NCBI GenBank assembly: GCA_003559395.1
Contig: PWLL01000021.1
Location: 1 to 8,576 of the forward strand
Reading direction: 5' to 3'
Length of the DNA stretch: 8,576 nt
Origin: Candidatus Iainarchaeum sp.
GTDB taxonomy: Archaea; Iainarchaeota; Iainarchaeia; Iainarchaeales; CSSED10-239
Part shown: positions 5,881 to 8,576 of the stretch, one piece after another
Layout of the letters: each line of letters opens with the position of its first letter
Numbering within the stretch: position 1 is the first letter of the stretch
The notes under the pieces: model-generated
Databases searched by the model: none
Seen by the model: the letters and a program-made list of their open reading frames with translations, nothing else
Told to the model about the DNA's origin: nothing
Position numbers and translations under genes: made by a program

Positions 5881-6864
5881 TTACCAGTTGATGATTGTTT
5901 GGTCTGTTCTAAATTTTGGATTTATTTTTGTTTGTTCTAGGGTTATTGGTTTTTGATGAAGATGTTGTTTTAGTCCTAGGTTTGCTATTATTAATCCGTT
6001 ATCTAGACATACAACCATCGGAGGGATATATAGTTTAATATCGTGTTGTTTTGCAAATTTTTCTAGCATTTCTTTTAGGGCTTTGCTTGCTGCTACTCCT
6101 CCAATTACGATTATTTCTTTTTTTTTTGTATATGATAGTGCTCTATCTACTACTTCTATTAACATGGCGTAAGCAGTGTGCATAAAAGAATAGATTAGTT
6201 GTTTGTTTTCTTTGTTTATAAGCTTTCTAGCAGATGTTAATAGTCCTGAAAAAGCCATGTCCATGCCTTTTACAGAATATGGTAGGTCTATATATTTTTC
6301 TGGGTTTGCTTCAAAGTAGATTTTATCTAAGATTGGTCCTCCAGGAAACCCATATCCTAGATCTCTTGCAAAGCTATCAAAGAGGTTTCCTATGCCTATA
6401 TCTATTGTTTCTCCTATTATCTTGTATCTGTTTTCGTCTTTTACTATTATTTGTGTGTTTGCTCCGGATGCAAAGATGACTAACGGATCTTTCATGTCTA
6501 GGAGTGTTTTTCCTATCTCTATGTGTGATACACAATGATTTACTCCAACGATTGGTTTTTTGTATTTTATGGCTAATGTTCTTGCAGTGGTAGCTGAAAC
6601 ACTCAAACATGGTCCAAGTCCTGGTCCTTGTGAGAATGAGATGACATCTATGTCGTTTATCTTCAGGTTTGCTTGGTCAAGGGCTTGTTTTAGGACGTCT
6701 TGTGCGCATGAATAATGATGCTGAGAGACGTCGTATGGTTTTATGCCTTCTCCTTTTTTGTTAGTATATTGTTTTTTTTCATTAGCTAGTATATTTCCTT
6801 TTTCGTCTATTATTCCTACTCCAAAGGTATGGGCTGTACTTTCTATTCCTAAAGATATGGTCAT
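5881..6864 (-). CDS. kae1: Kae1, tRNA N6-adenosine threonylcarbamoyltransferase (KEOPS catalytic subunit), 327 aa, not fused to Bud32
   Basis: The motifs present are LGIESTAHTFGVGI, metal-binding VNHCVSHIE, ASGANTQ, GETIDIGIGNLFD, GGPILD, IGGVAAS and DNG, plus the typical C-terminal RTDQ..I.W. Length and motif order fit archaeal Kae1. Confidence 0.92.
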   Translation of the reverse strand: MTISLGIESTAHTFGVGIIDEKGNILANEKKQYTNKKGEGIKPYDVSQHHYSCAQDVLKQALDQANLKINDIDVISFSQGPGLGPCLSVSATTARTLAIKYKKPIVGVNHCVSHIEIGKTLLDMKDPLVIFASGANTQIIVKDENRYKIIGETIDIGIGNLFDSFARDLGYGFPGGPILDKIYFEANPEKYIDLPYSVKGMDMAFSGLLTSARKLINKENKQLIYSFMHTAYAMLIEVVDRALSYTKKKEIIVIGGVAASKALKEMLEKFAKQHDIKLYIPPMVVCLDNGLIIANLGLKQHLHQKPITLEQTKINPKFRTDQTIINW

Positions 6865-6876
6865 ATTTTTCTTTTT

Positions 6877-7854
6877 TTATGTACTTTCAAATAATTTTTC
6901 ATATTCGTGGTGTTTGTATGCAAAATAGTGATTTAGTTTTTGTTTTGTTCTTTCTGTTGTTGTATGGTTAAGATTGTTTCTTTGGCTTAGGCCTGTGGTA
7001 ATAGAATATGGTTTTATTCCATCTCTTATTATTCCAGGAGAATGATATTCGTAACCTATGGCAAACATTGCGTTTTTAGAATTTTTATGATCGTATGTTT
7101 GAAACATTTCTATTGTGAAAGGTGTTTGTGTGTTTTGGTTTGTTGTTATTAGTCTTTCTTGAAATAGTTTATATATTCCTATTCCAAAAATAACTGAAGA
7201 AAAAGCGTTTTCATTTTCAAGAATTGAGTTTTTTAAAGAAGAATAGTCTTTTATTTTATTGTTATTAAGAATGTTTGGGTCAATCCAGGTAGTGTTTGAA
7301 AAATCACAATTGTTTTGTAGATAGTCAATAATATATTTTACATCTCTGTGTGTTTCAAGATTAGCTTTTAACCACACGCTTTTATTTATTTGTGCAATTC
7401 CGTACATTCCTTGTGCAAGATGTAGTTTTTGTAAATCTATACTAGCTCCTGATTCTTGAGCCATTATTGACCAAAATTGTGCTGTTTCTTCGTCTGTTAG
7501 GTTACACGCGTTTGTTATAGTAAAAATAATTTCGTTAAAGTAATTATGTTTCGGAAGTTTAAGTCTTTCTAAGCCATATTTAAAGTTTGTTCCTGTTGGG
7601 CCAATATAGTCTTTATTTGTTATTTTAAAATAGTCTATTAAACAGTTTACATATTCGTAAACAGTATCAGTAGGTTCAGATGGTTTTTTACTCATCAATT
7701 CTATTTTGTTTTCGGAGGTGTTTTTTTGTTGAAGATGAGTAGGGGTACAAACCATACTTTCAGAAACATTTTTTAATGGAGAGTATTTACTAGTTAGAGA
7801 TTCCCACATTTCTGTTGTGTGTCGTTTGCACCCGTTATAAACGCGTTTACACAT
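6877..7854 (-). CDS. Lytic transglycosylase (SLT/goose-lysozyme fold)-like protein. The start codon is uncertain (ATG 7854, 7809, 7755 or 7695)
   Basis: The SLT motif series appears in order: FWSIMAQESGAS (catalytic Glu candidate E134, 7453-7455), AQGMYGIAQIN (GLMQ-type motif), ENENAFSSVIFGIGIYKL (N..G..YL-type) and AIGYEYHSPG (AYNxGPG-type). The stop is only 12 nt upstream of the kae1 ATG. The 5' 61 nt overlap the upstream ORF in another frame. Confidence 0.65.
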   Translation of the reverse strand: MCKRVYNGCKRHTTEMWESLTSKYSPLKNVSESMVCTPTHLQQKNTSENKIELMSKKPSEPTDTVYEYVNCLIDYFKITNKDYIGPTGTNFKYGLERLKLPKHNYFNEIIFTITNACNLTDEETAQFWSIMAQESGASIDLQKLHLAQGMYGIAQINKSVWLKANLETHRDVKYIIDYLQNNCDFSNTTWIDPNILNNNKIKDYSSLKNSILENENAFSSVIFGIGIYKLFQERLITTNQNTQTPFTIEMFQTYDHKNSKNAMFAIGYEYHSPGIIRDGIKPYSITTGLSQRNNLNHTTTERTKQKLNHYFAYKHHEYEKLFEST

Positions 7855-8576
7855 TTTTCTTCATCATCATTGTAAAAGTTTTTTGGTGCGATTACATCTC
7901 TTAGTTGTCTAGTACTGTTTATTATATAATCATTATAGGTACTTTTATGCAAAGTGTTTTTTTCTTCGTCAGTTGTACTAATTAAGTATCCATCTCCAAT
8001 ATTTACTACTGTGTGGGTGTATAAGTCTGTCTCCCATTGTTGATTTCTAGCATCATTAATAAAAACACCTAAAATAAGACCTGGTATCATATATAGTCTA
8101 TTTGGGTTTATATCATTAGTAGTTATGTTTCTTTTTCCATCAGTATCATAAATTCTTTGATTATTATTTGCAAGATCCCAAGCATTCCCTAAATTATATG
8201 AATTAAACATATTTAATGTTGAAACTTTGTTTGTTTGTTTTCCAACCAACCCATCAAAATAGTAGTTTCTTTGCGTAATTCTTTGTGATGCTGTTGAACA
8301 TTTTTCTGCCCCAATTATTCCTACATCTTCTAGGTCTTTAGATAAGCTTTCATCAACATATCTTTCAAAGTCTTCTTCTAAATTTACTTGAATAGGTATC
8401 TTAAAGTTATATGTTTGTTGTTTCTCTTGTTCTACATTAGAATCTATTCCTTTTATTTCTGTTGTTGGTGTTGTTGTAAAAAAGTCTAGTATTTTTTTGT
8501 TTATGTTATATAAAACATCTTTTAAAGAATCTCCATCACAGTCTTCTGTTTCTGAAGTTGTAATATCTGGTAAAAA
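7794..8576 (-). CDS. Hypothetical protein, partial (N-terminus beyond the right edge). Tentative papain-fold (NlpC/P60/CHAP-like) Cys/His pattern
   Basis: The track shows only 7794..8249 from a TTG. My translation shows the same frame open from 8576: FLPDITTSETEDCDGDSLKDVLYNINKKILDFFTTTPTTEIKGIDSNVEQEKQQTYNFKIPIQVNLEEDFERYVDESLSKDLEDVGIIGAEKCSTASQRITQRNYYFDGLVGKQ... The candidate nucleophile is in GAEKCSTAS (Cys at 8298-8300) and the candidate His is in LYTHTVVNIGDGYLIST (8013-8015). I am fairly confident the ORF codes for protein, but not of its function. Confidence 0.55.
   Translation of the reverse strand, partial: FLPDITTSETEDCDGDSLKDVLYNINKKILDFFTTTPTTEIKGIDSNVEQEKQQTYNFKIPIQVNLEEDFERYVDESLSKDLEDVGIIGAEKCSTASQRITQRNYYFDGLVGKQTNKVSTLNMFNSYNLGNAWDLANNNQRIYDTDGKRNITTNDINPNRLYMIPGLILGVFINDARNQQWETDLYTHTVVNIGDGYLISTTDEEKNTLHKSTYNDYIINSTRQLRDVIAPKNFYNDDEEKCVNAFITGANDTQQKCGNL

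Noticed and set aside
6450-6475. Kae1 ASGANTQ in place of the more usual SGG(N/H)TQ nucleotide-binding motif, and Pth2 DAAHTQ in place of DAG.TQ
   Set aside because: These are single conservative Gly-to-Ala substitutions in otherwise fully conserved proteins, likely normal lineage variation. They are not evidence of inactivation.
6234-6928. ORFs 6234..6479 (+), 6377..6610 (-) and 6743..6928 (+) inside or around kae1
   Set aside because: They are alternative-frame or antisense ORFs within the well-supported kae1 CDS, with no independent support.
7794-7854. Programmed -1 ribosomal frameshift joining the two hydrolase-like ORFs
   Set aside because: I could not find a canonical X_XXY_YYZ slippery heptamer in the overlap (the A run is only 5 nt) or an obvious downstream stimulatory structure. 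I kept it as an open frame-break observation, not a recoding claim.
1-8576. Scan for CRISPR arrays, tRNA/rRNA genes and long direct repeats
   Set aside because: I saw no regularly spaced direct repeats, no GC-rich cloverleaf-sized islands and no rRNA-like segments by eye. The only notable repeats are the hairpins and LE/RE similarity already reported. A tRNAscan/Infernal run would be the definitive check.

Overview
This is a low-GC window with strong strand skew: the + strand is T-rich and almost all real genes lie on the - strand. All family assignments below come from reading translations and recalling motifs by eye; no searches were run.

The conserved genes are archaeal-type housekeeping genes:
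- archaeal DnaG/Toprim primase (partial at the left edge; absent from the ORF track, translated by hand)
- Hjc Holliday-junction resolvase
- Pth2 peptidyl-tRNA hydrolase
- a GNAT acetyltransferase
- a DUF167-like small protein
- standalone Kae1

This gene set, the compact spacing and the low GC suggest a small-genome archaeon, possibly DPANN-like (inference).

Two accessory patches stand out.

1. Between the pth2 operon and kae1 there is an apparently intact IS200/IS605-family element. It carries a Y1/HUH transposase tnpA whose stop overlaps the tnpB start in ATGA. The tnpB RNA-guided nuclease gene has an intact D-E-D RuvC triad and zinc finger. Both ends carry related bulged subterminal hairpins, and an omega/reRNA is predicted over the tnpB 3' end. 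Directly next to it is a 103-codon 5' fragment of an ISH3-family DDE transposase, cut off at the kae1 stop codon.

2. At the right edge are two out-of-frame ORFs that overlap by 61 nt. The downstream ORF carries the motif series of a bacterial-type soluble lytic transglycosylase (QES ... GMYGIAQI ... YEYHSPG). The upstream partial ORF has a tentative Cys/His papain-like pattern. The pair sits only 12 nt upstream of kae1. A peptidoglycan-lytic module hard-wired into an archaeal core-gene neighbourhood is the most unusual thing I can support here.

I saw no CRISPR array, tRNA or rRNA.
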